Source: Nitrospirales bacterium (GTDB lineage: Bacteria > Nitrospirota > Nitrospiria > Nitrospirales > UBA8639). From it: DNA of 64,000 bases. The notes beneath the pieces were generated by a model. The model worked only from the letters and a program-made list of their open reading frames with translations, ran no database searches and was not told where the DNA came from. Positions 19,773 through 29,629 of this stretch are shown here, one piece after another. The position numbers and the translations under genes were made by a program. Position 1 is the stretch's first letter. Every line of letters begins with the position of its first letter. The stretch lies in the NCBI GenBank assembly GCA_965203295.1, contig CBDBCZ010000019.1:1920001-1984000 (forward strand), given 5' to 3'.

Positions 19773-20506
19773 TCTCCTTCCTCTTGGTCCTTTTCAACTT
19801 CAGCAAACCGATAGCCTATCCCTCGGACTGTCAACACGTAGGTCGGTTTTGATGGGTCAGATTCGATCTTTTGTCTGAGTTTGCCAATGTGGACATCGAT
19901 GACCCGGTCAACCACAGCATCTTCCTGTCTATAGAGTTTAGCGAGCAGTTCATCACGAGAAAACACTCGACCTGGAGCATTAATCAGTGCATGTAAAAGT
20001 TTGTACTCGGAAGGAGTTAAGAGCACCGGCTTATGGTCGACCGTGACTTTGTGTTTTTCAAGATCCAAGGAAATACGCCCGCGCTGGATAGAACTTTCTT
20101 CTCTGGGGGAATCAGCCCTGACTCTTCGAAGGATGGCTTTGACCCGCTCCACGACTTCGCGGGGGCTGAAGGGTTTGACGACATAATCATCTGCGCCAAT
20201 GGAAAACCCCAAAATCCGATCAACTTCCTCAGCAAGAGCGGACAGAATGAGAATTGGTGCCTCCGAAGTCTTTCGAATTTCCCGACAAACTTCCCACCCA
20301 TCGATCCCCGGAAGCATCAGGTCAAAGACGATTAACAGAGGAGGATGGCTTTTGAATCGAGCTAACCCGGTTGGCCCATCTCGAGCGATAAAAGAGTCAA
20401 ACCCCTCCCTTATCAAATATTTGGCGATAAGAGACGCAATGTTTTTATTATCCTCAATAATAAGAATCGGACCATCTGATCGGATATTTTTCGAAATTGA
20501 TTTCAC
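19769..20506 (-). CDS. OmpR-family response regulator
   Basis: IIEDN, FDLMLPG, GADDYVVKPF and winged helix LTVRGIGY. Confidence 0.93.
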   Translation of the reverse strand: MKSISKNIRSDGPILIIEDNKNIASLIAKYLIREGFDSFIARDGPTGLARFKSHPPLLIVFDLMLPGIDGWEVCREIRKTSEAPILILSALAEEVDRILGFSIGADDYVVKPFSPREVVERVKAILRRVRADSPREESSIQRGRISLDLEKHKVTVDHKPVLLTPSEYKLLHALINAPGRVFSRDELLAKLYRQEDAVVDRVIDVHIGKLRQKIESDPSKPTYVLTVRGIGYRFAEVEKDQEEGE

Positions 20507-20657
20507 GGGATTCTCACAGCTTCGAGCCTACGCGCTGCGGAGGAGGCTCGAGGCGCAGGCGGCTTCCTGACAAAAGAAAGGAACGTAAAACCGAACAAAC
20601 GCGCGATGAAGGCCTATAGATGAAAATACATTACCCTCACAATTTATTTGAAGGATC

Positions 20658-21860
20658 TTAAATACTATGCAATGCCTCGACAGGATCGATCGACGCCACT
20701 CGCCGAGTCGGCAGAACTCCAGCACCAATCCCGGTGAGTGCACTGACAAACACCGCTGCGGCAAGATATCCTGAATGAGGCGAAACCGGAAGTTCTGGAA
20801 CGAAAACATGGACAAACTGAACAACAGCCAGTCCGCACACCAAACCGACTCCTCCACCAATCATGGCCAAGATAAGTGATTCAAACAAGAACAACCGATA
20901 AATCTCGATGGAAGTCGCACCGATGGCTTTGAATAACCCAATTTCGGACCTTCGTTCACGTACCGTCATCCACATGACGGTGAGAATCCCAATTGCGCCA
21001 ACGAACAACGAAATTCCGGCAATCGCTCCAACCGCAATCGTCACGACCCCCATCACGTTATCGAATGTTTCCAGCATTGCAGCCTGCGTCATAATCGTGA
21101 AATCTTCCTCACCACGATGCCGTTCACGAAGCACCTGGGTGAGGTCTGCCACCACTGGGGATAATTCCCTTCCTTGCGAAAAGGCAACTTGAATTTCGAC
21201 GAGTTCGTCCATGTTAAACATCGTCAAAGCCGAAGCCACTGGAATATACACGGCATCATCAATATCAAAAACAAGGAGATTTCCCTTGGAAGCCATCACA
21301 CCAATGACCTGGTAACGGAAACCACTAATTCGCACGAACTTTCCCAAGGGATTGGAATCTCGAAAAAGTTCTCGTTTTAACTTCGGCCCTAATACAGTAA
21401 GCGGACGCCGAACGCGAACATCCCCACCAGGCAAAAAAGTCCCTTGCCGAACGGTAAATTTCCAAAGAGCCGGCATCGCAGCCGTCACCTCAAAGACCTT
21501 CACGCTTCTTCCCCGATCCTCGACCTCCACCCGAGCATTGCCCATGGCTACGGGAACCACCCTTTCAATACCACCAATTCCCCGAATCGCCTCGGCATCG
21601 TCCAGCGTTAACTTATGAGTGGTGCCACCAAGAACCCCGGGAATCCCCACCGTTTTCGTTTTACCTGGTGTCACCGTCAAGAGATTCGTCCCGAATTGAG
21701 TGAATTGAGATAAAATGTAGACTCGGGCCCCTTCCCCAATAGAAGTGAGTAGAACAAACGCTGCGACCCCGACAGCAATTCCGAGAAGCGAGAGAACCGA
21801 TCGACTTCGTCGAGTCGCAATTGCTCTTTCTGCCATAGTCAAGAGATCAGCCCAACGCAT
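20658..21860 (-). CDS. MacB/FtsX-like ABC transporter permease
   Basis: Start MRWADLL at 21860 is coupled to the upstream stop. GIAVGVAA, ERRSEIGLFKAIGA and DPVEAL motifs. Confidence 0.88.
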   Translation of the reverse strand: MRWADLLTMAERAIATRRSRSVLSLLGIAVGVAAFVLLTSIGEGARVYILSQFTQFGTNLLTVTPGKTKTVGIPGVLGGTTHKLTLDDAEAIRGIGGIERVVPVAMGNARVEVEDRGRSVKVFEVTAAMPALWKFTVRQGTFLPGGDVRVRRPLTVLGPKLKRELFRDSNPLGKFVRISGFRYQVIGVMASKGNLLVFDIDDAVYIPVASALTMFNMDELVEIQVAFSQGRELSPVVADLTQVLRERHRGEEDFTIMTQAAMLETFDNVMGVVTIAVGAIAGISLFVGAIGILTVMWMTVRERRSEIGLFKAIGATSIEIYRLFLFESLILAMIGGGVGLVCGLAVVQFVHVFVPELPVSPHSGYLAAAVFVSALTGIGAGVLPTRRVASIDPVEALHSI

Positions 21861-23065
21861 TACACTCGATGCTCCAAAGCTTCGATAGGATCGAGCAAAG
21901 CAGCCCGACGAGCTGGGAAAAAGCCGAATATCACCCCCACCCTTACCGCCACACCCAGCGCAACCAGAGGGACCCAAGCCGAAGGAACAGCGGGAATGAC
22001 AGGGAAGACCCACACAAGTCCCATCACCAACAGCGCCCCTAATCCCAATCCAATCCCGCCTCCGACAAACGAAATGACCATGGCCTCGAGCAAAAACAAC
22101 GCCAAGACTTGGCTATGACGAGCCCCAAGAGCCTTTAACAGTCCAATCTCATCTGTTCGATCCGTCACAGCAATCAACATGACGTTCATCACACCAATTC
22201 CAGCGACTAGCAGGGAAATTCCCCCAATCGCTCCCAAGCCAAATGTCAACACCGACATGATCGAGGAAAATGAGGAGACCACGGCATCCTGAGTGATACA
22301 AGTCACATCCTCTTCCGAATGCCGCTCGGTGATAATGGCCACGACTTTTTTGCAGGTTCGGTCTAATTCTCCTACCGAATGAACTCGCAAAAGAATGCGA
22401 AAGAGGGAATGTCGGTTGAAGAGGCGCATGCCGGTTTCAACCGGAATAATCACAAGATCATCCAGATCCATCCCAAGCTGGGTTCCCCGCTCGGCCAGCA
22501 CGCCAATGACTCGCATCCGCCAATTCCCGACCCGAACGATTCGCCCGATGGGATGTTCATTGGGAAACAATTCTGTGGCAACCCGTTGGCCGAGGACCAT
22601 GATTGAAGCCCCTTGAGCCGCGTCGCCGGGCGGAAGAAATTCACCCAGACGTATGCTCAGCTTTCGTGCTTCTAAAAAATCCGATGTGGTTCCTATGACC
22701 GCCACCTGCCGTCTTCGTTCACCCATTCGAACTGTTTCAGTACCCATGGAAATGGGCACAACAAGCTGAAGGGTGGGAAGTTCTCGTCGAATCGCCTCCT
22801 TATCCGCGAGGGTCAAATCATTGGGTACCCCGCCAAATCCAGGCATCGCTCCTGTCGTCTCAGTCTTCACAGGAATGATCCCTACCAAATTCGAACCAAT
22901 GGCTGAAAATTCTTGAATGACGTATCGCCGAGCCCCTTCACCCAAAGCCGTCAGAACCACGACCGCTGCGACACCAATGGAGACTCCGATCAAACACAAA
23001 CCAGTTCGCACAGGATGACCGAGCAACGCGGTGAGGGAAAAGCGAAATACGTCTCTGAGGATCAT
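21860..23065 (-). CDS. MacB/FtsX-like ABC transporter permease
   Basis: GVSIGVAAV, GIGVMNVML, EIGLLKALGA and LDPIEAL motifs. Confidence 0.9.
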   Translation of the reverse strand: MILRDVFRFSLTALLGHPVRTGLCLIGVSIGVAAVVVLTALGEGARRYVIQEFSAIGSNLVGIIPVKTETTGAMPGFGGVPNDLTLADKEAIRRELPTLQLVVPISMGTETVRMGERRRQVAVIGTTSDFLEARKLSIRLGEFLPPGDAAQGASIMVLGQRVATELFPNEHPIGRIVRVGNWRMRVIGVLAERGTQLGMDLDDLVIIPVETGMRLFNRHSLFRILLRVHSVGELDRTCKKVVAIITERHSEEDVTCITQDAVVSSFSSIMSVLTFGLGAIGGISLLVAGIGVMNVMLIAVTDRTDEIGLLKALGARHSQVLALFLLEAMVISFVGGGIGLGLGALLVMGLVWVFPVIPAVPSAWVPLVALGVAVRVGVIFGFFPARRAALLDPIEALEHRV

Positions 23066-23786
23066 GATGCGTGAGGGTTGCTCAAAGATAGGACCCGACT
23101 GTCTTCCAACTCATCTGCTAGCAAGCGTTGGTGTATTCGGCCATCCTTAATAATAAGGATGCGTTCAGCTCGACGTGCCACCTGTGGTTCATGGGTCACC
23201 ATGACGAGAGTGTGTCCAGTGGTATGAACCTGATCTAGAAGATTCAAGACCTATTGTCCTGAACGGCTATCCAAATTACCAGTCGGTTCATCTGCCAGAA
23301 TAAATCGAGGGTTCATCACCATCGCGCGGGCAATCACGACCCGTTGTCGTTGCCCCACGGACAACTGCGCAGGTTGATGGTGGGCATGGTCAGAAAGCCC
23401 CACGGATTCAAGAACCTTCTGCACCCGATCACTCCGCTCCCTTGGGGAAATGCCCGCAAATACCATGGGGAGCTCAACATTCCCTACAGCAGTGAGACGA
23501 GGGACCAAGTGAAAAGATTGAAAAATAAAGCCAATGACGGTCTGGCGAAACCGAGAGAGGTCAGAATCAGAGAGTTGGCTCACATCCCGCCCATCGAGAA
23601 TACAGAGCCCGGAACTTGGCCGAAGAAGGCTTCCCATCAAATTGAGCATCGTGGACTTTCCAGAACCCGATGGCCCCATCACGGCAACATACTCGCCAGG
23701 CCGAATATGCTCCGTGATATCGACCAGCGCATGAACCGGCTGATCACCGACCTGAAAGTCCTGGAAACGTTCTCGAATCGAATCAT
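23062..23786 (-). pseudogene. MacB/LolD-type ABC ATPase, disrupted
   Basis: ATG at 23786 (MIRFENVSRTF). Frameshift in a T-run near 23757, Walker A GPSGSGKST, signature mutated to LSVGQ, in-frame TAG at 23251-23253, then H-loop VTHE. Confidence 0.9.
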
Positions 23787-24988
23787 CAATGAGTGCTGTT
23801 TAATAAAATGACCGGAGATCCAACTTCAACATCAGCTTCTTCAAGAAAGGTCACCACGACCTCTCTTTCAGCCGGCCCCTGTTGAATCTCCACATAGTTC
23901 CAATTTTTCAGACCAAGTTTGACAGCTCGTTCTGCCACATGACCATCTTCCACAATCCAAACTTTTCCCCCTTCCAAAATAGACGCACGAGGAACGCGGA
24001 GCACTTGCTCACGTTTGGAGAGAATCACCTCGACATCAGCAGATGTACCTGGAAGAAGAGTGGCGGCAAATTGATCATCTTCCAATTCGACCTCAATTTC
24101 CACCGTCCGATTTTGTTCTTCCATATCCTCGACGAACGGAGCCACACGAAACAACCGTCCGGGAAAGGCTTGTCCTGGGAAAGGATCTACTGTCACCCGA
24201 ACTCGTTGGTCCTGATGAATTTTTGCTGAATCTAACTCATCCATAGGGGCCGTGATATAGATGGAATTTGGATCAATGAGATCCAAGACAGGAGGCACCG
24301 GAACAGCAGGAGGAGCGGGAGTGACCCATTCACCAACCTCGACCTCTACAGTCCCTAACACTCCTGAAAAGGGAGCACGGAGAATTGTTTTATCCAGACC
24401 GGCTTGTGCCTCAACAATAGCAGCTCGCGCACGATCAACATTCGCTTTGCCAGCTTCGCAGGCAGCCGTAGACCTAAGAAAGATGCTTTCCACCCGATCC
24501 AATTCATCAATGGAGACCAACTCCTTTTCTGCAAGGTTGCGAAACCGAACATACTCACGTTTGGCCCGCTGAGCAGCCAAACAAGAACGATCATGCCCCG
24601 CCTCAGCTACCACCAAATCCCGTTTCGTCAATTCCAACTTTGCCTGTTCAGCTTCATCATTGAGTTTAAGGAGGAGGTCACCCTTTTTCACCTGATCGCC
24701 TTTTCCAAATGGAACTGCCACGACCCTTCCACCAATTTCCGCTGACAGATGGGCACGCTGGCGAGCCTTCACCGTGCCCGCACGCGAATTGGTAATTGTC
24801 TCCTCGAAAAGTCCTCGTTCGACTTGAACACCTTGAACCTCCACCGGCTCAGTGACCCACACCCATTCTCTGAACACCAGGAACAAGATGCCAGCGATCA
24901 CAATCATACTCAGTCGGATAGGCCATCGTTTCATATCAGCTAGTGTATCATATAGGTTTTCCTCGAACCGAACGAAATTTCCATACAT
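23786..24988 (-). CDS. Efflux periplasmic adaptor (MacA/RND MFP subunit)
   Basis: N-terminal TM, lipoyl halves (SAEIGGRV...GDQVKKGD; RAPFSGV) and a coiled hairpin; upstream of the ABC genes. Confidence 0.9.
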   Translation of the reverse strand: MYGNFVRFEENLYDTLADMKRWPIRLSMIVIAGILFLVFREWVWVTEPVEVQGVQVERGLFEETITNSRAGTVKARQRAHLSAEIGGRVVAVPFGKGDQVKKGDLLLKLNDEAEQAKLELTKRDLVVAEAGHDRSCLAAQRAKREYVRFRNLAEKELVSIDELDRVESIFLRSTAACEAGKANVDRARAAIVEAQAGLDKTILRAPFSGVLGTVEVEVGEWVTPAPPAVPVPPVLDLIDPNSIYITAPMDELDSAKIHQDQRVRVTVDPFPGQAFPGRLFRVAPFVEDMEEQNRTVEIEVELEDDQFAATLLPGTSADVEVILSKREQVLRVPRASILEGGKVWIVEDGHVAERAVKLGLKNWNYVEIQQGPAEREVVVTFLEEADVEVGSPVILLNSTH

Positions 24989-25041
24989 GAAGAAGAAACG
25001 GGCATGCGAGAGGAGAGGAAGGAGGGACGCAATTCTAAAGA

Positions 25042-25620
25042 TAGAGCTTTATGTGTAATGTTCCTTCACACAGTGTCTGGCAGGGTAATTTCAAATTTAA
25101 GGTTTCGAGTTTAAAGTGTAAAACTTAGCAAAAAGTGCAGCTCGTAGATCCTTGCCAGGTCATCCCCGCAATTTTTTAGGGGGGATCTATCTTTCTTCAT
25201 TATTCTGGATGCCCGCTAACCAATGCGAGCATGACGGTGAAAATTGTATGCGGTGTACAAAAATTTGTCCTTTTTGTTGCATCTGTGTGTTCCGCCTTGC
25301 ACGTGGCTGAGTCCCCGCGCCGAATCTCACAACTCGGCGAGGACTGTCTGAGCGGAGCGAGTTCCGCAGCCATGTGATTCGGTGCTGAGATGAAGGGGAC
25401 CCGCAGGGCCAGACGCGGGCGGGAATGGTTTGGGGTCCTTTTGCCGAAACAAAAGGACCTCGGCGTGCGGGGCCGAAACCCCCCTCAAATAAAAACGAGT
25501 TAACCAAACATCCTGGATACCCGCCAACCACTGCGGGCATGACGAAAAAAGAAAACCTGTGCTCTCGTCTGAACTCCCAACTTTATCTGACTGTATCCGT
25601 CAACTGAAATTCAAGTTTTA
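25042..25620 (+). repeat. Mosaic intergenic repeat, copy A (MITE-like with GTCA-type REP palindromes)
   Basis: Shares ends with 31486-31792 and 52473-52693, and a ~330-bp core with 37538-37875 (inverted). REP hairpins at 25159-25187, 25207-25235 and 25515-25543. Left boundary approximate. Confidence 0.85.
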
Positions 25621-25690
25621 CTCTTTATGGAACCGAGGCCTTGATGAAACTCTTCAATATTCAAAATGCTATCCAGGGACTACACGACTC

Positions 25691-26968
25691 TCATGTTTTC
25701 TTTTTTGTCAGAAGAGTCGCGTGTTGAATAGGCCTATTCCCGAAGCGTGTACGGATCGCATCCACTGCCTGGCTCAATTGTTCAGTCGATCGATGAGATG
25801 AATCAAACAAAGAGAGTTGAACTGCACAGGAGTGAGAAATAAGTTTGGAACCAGACAAGCCCAAAAGACGAACCTTTTGTCCAAAAAACGGAACGCGTTC
25901 CAAGAGGCTAAGGGCTGTTTGATAGAGAGTCGAATCTTGATCGATTGGCTGTTGAATCGAAGCTGAGCGAGTGACTATTTGAAAGGAGGAGTCTCGGAAT
26001 TTCAGGGTAAGCCTTCCAGCCATCACACCTTCTGCACGAAGCCGTTGGCCTACGCGCTCAGAAAGATTCAAGAGCGTTTGACGAATGACGCGTGAATCAG
26101 CCGTATCGGTTTCAAACGTTATTTCAGCTCCGATTGATTTGGCGGACTCCTCTGGAATCACTTCTCTGGGATCACGTCCCTTGGCTAACTCCCAGAGATG
26201 GAGTCCATTCTGCCCCAATAACGACGTGACCCTATCTGGACTGAGCTTCGCGATATCGCCAATTGTGCAATAGCCCTGAGCACGAAGCTTCTTGGTGGTC
26301 TTAGGACCTGCCCCCCATAGCCATTCAACAGACAAGTCCTGAAGAAATGTCATTTCTGTTCCTGGAGGGACAACAACAAAACCTTTCGGCTTGCGTAGGT
26401 CTGAGGCCACTTTTGCCACGAACTTTGGTAGTCGCAATTCCCACAGAGGCAGGTAAGTGTTCCTTTTTCCAAATATCCCGTTGAATCTGTCTACCAATAG
26501 CTTCGGCCGTTCCAAAGAGGCGAAGGCTGCCTGTCACATCCAAGAAGGCTTCATCCAAACTAATCGGCTCAACCAAGTCGGAATACCCATGAAAAATGGA
26601 AAAAATTCGAGCGGAAACTCCTTGATAATGACTCATACGGAAGGAAGAAAGAGTCCATGCGGACACCGCTTATAGGCCTGACTGATTGGCATAGCTGAAT
26701 GAATACCGAATTTCCTGGCCTCATAGGAGGCCGTGGAAACCACTCCTCTCCCTTTCCCTCCTTGAGGGTCAGCCCCAACGATCACAGGCTTGTTTCTGTA
26801 GACAGGCTGATCTCTTTGCTCCACCGAAGCATAAAACGCATCCATATCCACATGGATGATCCAGCGGTGTGACGCAGTCGTGGTGTTGGGATTCGGAGTG
26901 TGAGATCTCGAGTCCTGACGCTTTAGTCTCAAGACTCCGGACGCTGGATTTTGTCTTACTTCACTCAC
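25691..26968 (-). pseudogene. dinB: DNA polymerase IV, split by two frameshifts
   Basis: [31 protein letters not shown] and the C-terminal little finger lie in three ORFs. Shifts near 26642 and 26425. Confidence 0.9.
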
Positions 26969-27250
26969 GTTCTTGGCTCAAACGCTCAGGCCTCAAGACT
27001 CCGTGATCAGGACCATATGTATCGTATGCCGGTCGCTAAAGAAATGCCAGGCCCGACCTGCGCCAGTTGAGCACTTGTGAATGGCCTTCCATTGCGCCTT
27101 TATCATTTCGGCAATTCTTGTCTTGTCAGAGGCATTGTGATATCTCATCAGCACTCGATTTTTCGTGATCCACGATATAAGGCGGCCGGCCTTATCCTCA
27201 TTCATTTTACAATGTTTTTATAAATCAGACCTTTCGGTCCAAAATTCCTT

Positions 27251-27266
27251 TGGCACGCATTGTGCT
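27251..27266 (+). promoter_or_regulatory. Candidate sigma-54 promoter
   Basis: TGGCACGCATTGTGCT, exact GG-N10-GC spacing, about 100 bp upstream of the DUF5069-like gene. Confidence 0.55.
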
Positions 27267-27368
27267 AATATATCGATGGATGAAGACAATTTTCAGATTT
27301 TACCTTTAGACAAAAAGGATATATAAGAGATATCAAGCACACAAATTCTTGAAACCCAAACCTCGGTC

Positions 27369-27905
27369 TTGACACCAGAACCTATGGAAAACTGGGCTTC
27401 GACTTTTCGAACATTATACGAGGAAGCCGTCACGCAGTATGAAAGCGGATCCCGAGGAACCACCAACGTTGTGCCGTCCGAAAGACACGAATTCCTGGCC
27501 TCCATCGGCATGAATCCGCAGGAAATCTATGGTTTTGTCGAAGACTGGGTAGAGGTCAATGAACCGCCATTCGAGGTCGTTAAAAAAATTACTGAGGTCC
27601 GACGGGATTATTTTGTGACAGTTCAGCAAGAACAACCTTCCGCCCATGTGGTTGAAATGAACGCCCTTCCTCAAGGTGGCGACAAGTTGGGCGAGTACCG
27701 TTGGCTACCTCGCATCATTGCCAAAGCCAAAGCAAAACTGCGAGGCGAAATGCCTCACGACCTCATGTATGGATGCGGTGCTGATCGCCCATTTCTTCGA
27801 AGCATTGGGATGGAACCGGATGAATTTCTACGGCTCGTATGGGAAGCCTGGGATGATGACGAAAAGATTTTGGAGACGATTAAAAACCCTGTTGATTCTG
27901 AATAA
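27369..27905 (+). CDS. DUF5069-like protein
   Basis: LGEYRWLPRIIAKAKAKLRGEM...YGCGADRPFLRSIG resembles DUF5069. Confidence 0.7.
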   Translation: MTPEPMENWASTFRTLYEEAVTQYESGSRGTTNVVPSERHEFLASIGMNPQEIYGFVEDWVEVNEPPFEVVKKITEVRRDYFVTVQQEQPSAHVVEMNALPQGGDKLGEYRWLPRIIAKAKAKLRGEMPHDLMYGCGADRPFLRSIGMEPDEFLRLVWEAWDDDEKILETIKNPVDSE

Positions 27906-28091
27906 TCGAGATCAAAGATAATGGGCTATCCAGTATCGTGTTATGATCATTGGGATAGGGTCCTCATGCACGACCGTTTGAGGATGACGTACAAAGATAG
28001 AAAAAGGCCGGCCATCTTGTTCTCCTGATGACTCTCGTGATCTAATGACATGAGGGTTTTAGCCTATTCTTGATAGAGAAAAGATAGGACC

Positions 28092-28520
28092 ATGTCTGCG
28101 TTCTTCTATTCGTACAGTTCAATGAGCATAGGAACCCTGCTTCTTTTCGGGCTCCTGATTTCGGCATTTCCCGTCAAAGCCCTCGAACCGGAGCCCCATC
28201 CCCTGGATACCTTCCTGACGAACATCTTGAATTTTAAGCAGCCGACCGGAATTCGGGGGACACTTCGTTACGTTGACAGAGAAAGACAAACAATCTGGTT
28301 GAATTGGGAAGAACGATCCGATGAACGGCCCTTGTTTGAAACTGGCTGGTTATTGGTTCCTGGAGATATTACTCTAAAAGTGCACCCAACAGATCCGTCG
28401 CAATTCGAGAAACTTCAACAGATTCCCAAAGGAACCGCGATTGAAATGGTCATTCAGCTCGATCCAGAAGGAAACCGACGTATTCTTTCCTACCAGGACC
28501 TATCACTTGTTCCGCTCTAG
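28092..28520 (+). CDS. Exported hypothetical protein
   Basis: Signal peptide ending VKA; 142-aa open frame. Confidence 0.6.
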   Translation: MSAFFYSYSSMSIGTLLLFGLLISAFPVKALEPEPHPLDTFLTNILNFKQPTGIRGTLRYVDRERQTIWLNWEERSDERPLFETGWLLVPGDITLKVHPTDPSQFEKLQQIPKGTAIEMVIQLDPEGNRRILSYQDLSLVPL

Positions 28521-28763
28521 CGGGATGTTGAAAAAGTCCTCCAGCCTACGCTTAAGCTATGGCTGACAAGCCACCTACTAAATCTTCACGAGCTCAGTAG
28601 CTTTCTGGACATAAACCCAAACCCACCAGAGAGAATGTCAAAGCAACCTGACCTTGACACACACTCGAGGACTCCCTAGCCTTGCGAACAGTTTCGGAAC
28701 GTTTGGAGCGCCTTAGCTGTTTGAACCTACAGAATTGACTCATAGCCACAGGAGCCTACATTC

Positions 28764-29582
28764 ATGAGAGTCATCTCTGCTGACCAGTACCCTGGCGCAG
28801 AACATCAGCCTCTCTATTACCCTGGACGGAGGCCTGAGTTTTCTTTCATCTACTATCAAGGCAAAGGGTATGAAATCACGTTCAAAGAGGGTGGAGACCA
28901 ACAATTGGTCGTGGAGGAACCTACCGGCTATGTCACGCTCGATGAATTTCTTGCTCAACGCGGCAATGCACCAATGAACCAACGGCTTGCCGTGCTAGCA
29001 GTTGGTTCTAACGGGTGTCCCGGACGGTTCGAAGAAAAATACGAATTACAGTCAGACGTGGTTCTTCCGGTGCTTGTGGGGACCTTGACTGATACCGCCA
29101 TCGTCTACTCACGCCGCTTGGTATCATACGGCGCCTTACCCGCCACCTACCTATTCCAGCCAGACGCTGTCTCATGGCTATCCATCACTATGCTGACGAA
29201 CGAACAGCTAGAGCACATGGATGAAACTGAAAATGTTGGAACGGTTTATGAACGAATTCAGGTTCCAGGCAAGTTTCAGCTACAGGATGGCCAAAAGATT
29301 GGAAACCTGACGGCATACATCGACCAGAACATTTTGACCTATCAGGGTGCACCTGTCTTATTAAAGATGTTCACACGAAGTGGTCCTGATTGGCCTGTCA
29401 TGGATGAATCCGAAATCCTCTCACTTGTGTTTAACGAAGCTGGTTTACTTCCTGGAGAATCAATCAAAGTGCGGCACCGTTGCCTTCTTGAGGACGCTGA
29501 CTTACGGAGACGGTTGAACACATTTCTCGAGAACCGTATGAGCGGCCTCACATTAGACATGACCGGAAGACTGGTGTCGTAG
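28764..29582 (+). CDS. Gamma-glutamylcyclotransferase (GGCT/AIG2)-like fold hypothetical protein
   Basis: VLAVGSN and LTNEQLEHMDETENVGTVYERIQV resemble the GGCT YGS(N/L) and LD..E...Y.R motifs. RBS AGGAG. Confidence 0.55.
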   Translation: MRVISADQYPGAEHQPLYYPGRRPEFSFIYYQGKGYEITFKEGGDQQLVVEEPTGYVTLDEFLAQRGNAPMNQRLAVLAVGSNGCPGRFEEKYELQSDVVLPVLVGTLTDTAIVYSRRLVSYGALPATYLFQPDAVSWLSITMLTNEQLEHMDETENVGTVYERIQVPGKFQLQDGQKIGNLTAYIDQNILTYQGAPVLLKMFTRSGPDWPVMDESEILSLVFNEAGLLPGESIKVRHRCLLEDADLRRRLNTFLENRMSGLTLDMTGRLVS

Positions 29583-29629
29583 ACTCAAGACACTTGGGAA
29601 GCGTTGAGAGTTAACGTGGAGGGATCACC

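Noticed and set aside
25187..25540. Similar ORFs at 25187-25540 and 37503-37826 that look like a duplicated gene
   Set aside because: They are translations of the non-coding repeat core, with no RBS or recognisable domain and non-conserved ends.
28686..28700. GAAC-N7-GAAC, resembling an alphaproteobacterial LexA box
   Set aside because: Only 8 specified bases, so it is expected by chance in a window this size. I did not see it upstream of dinB or SRAP.
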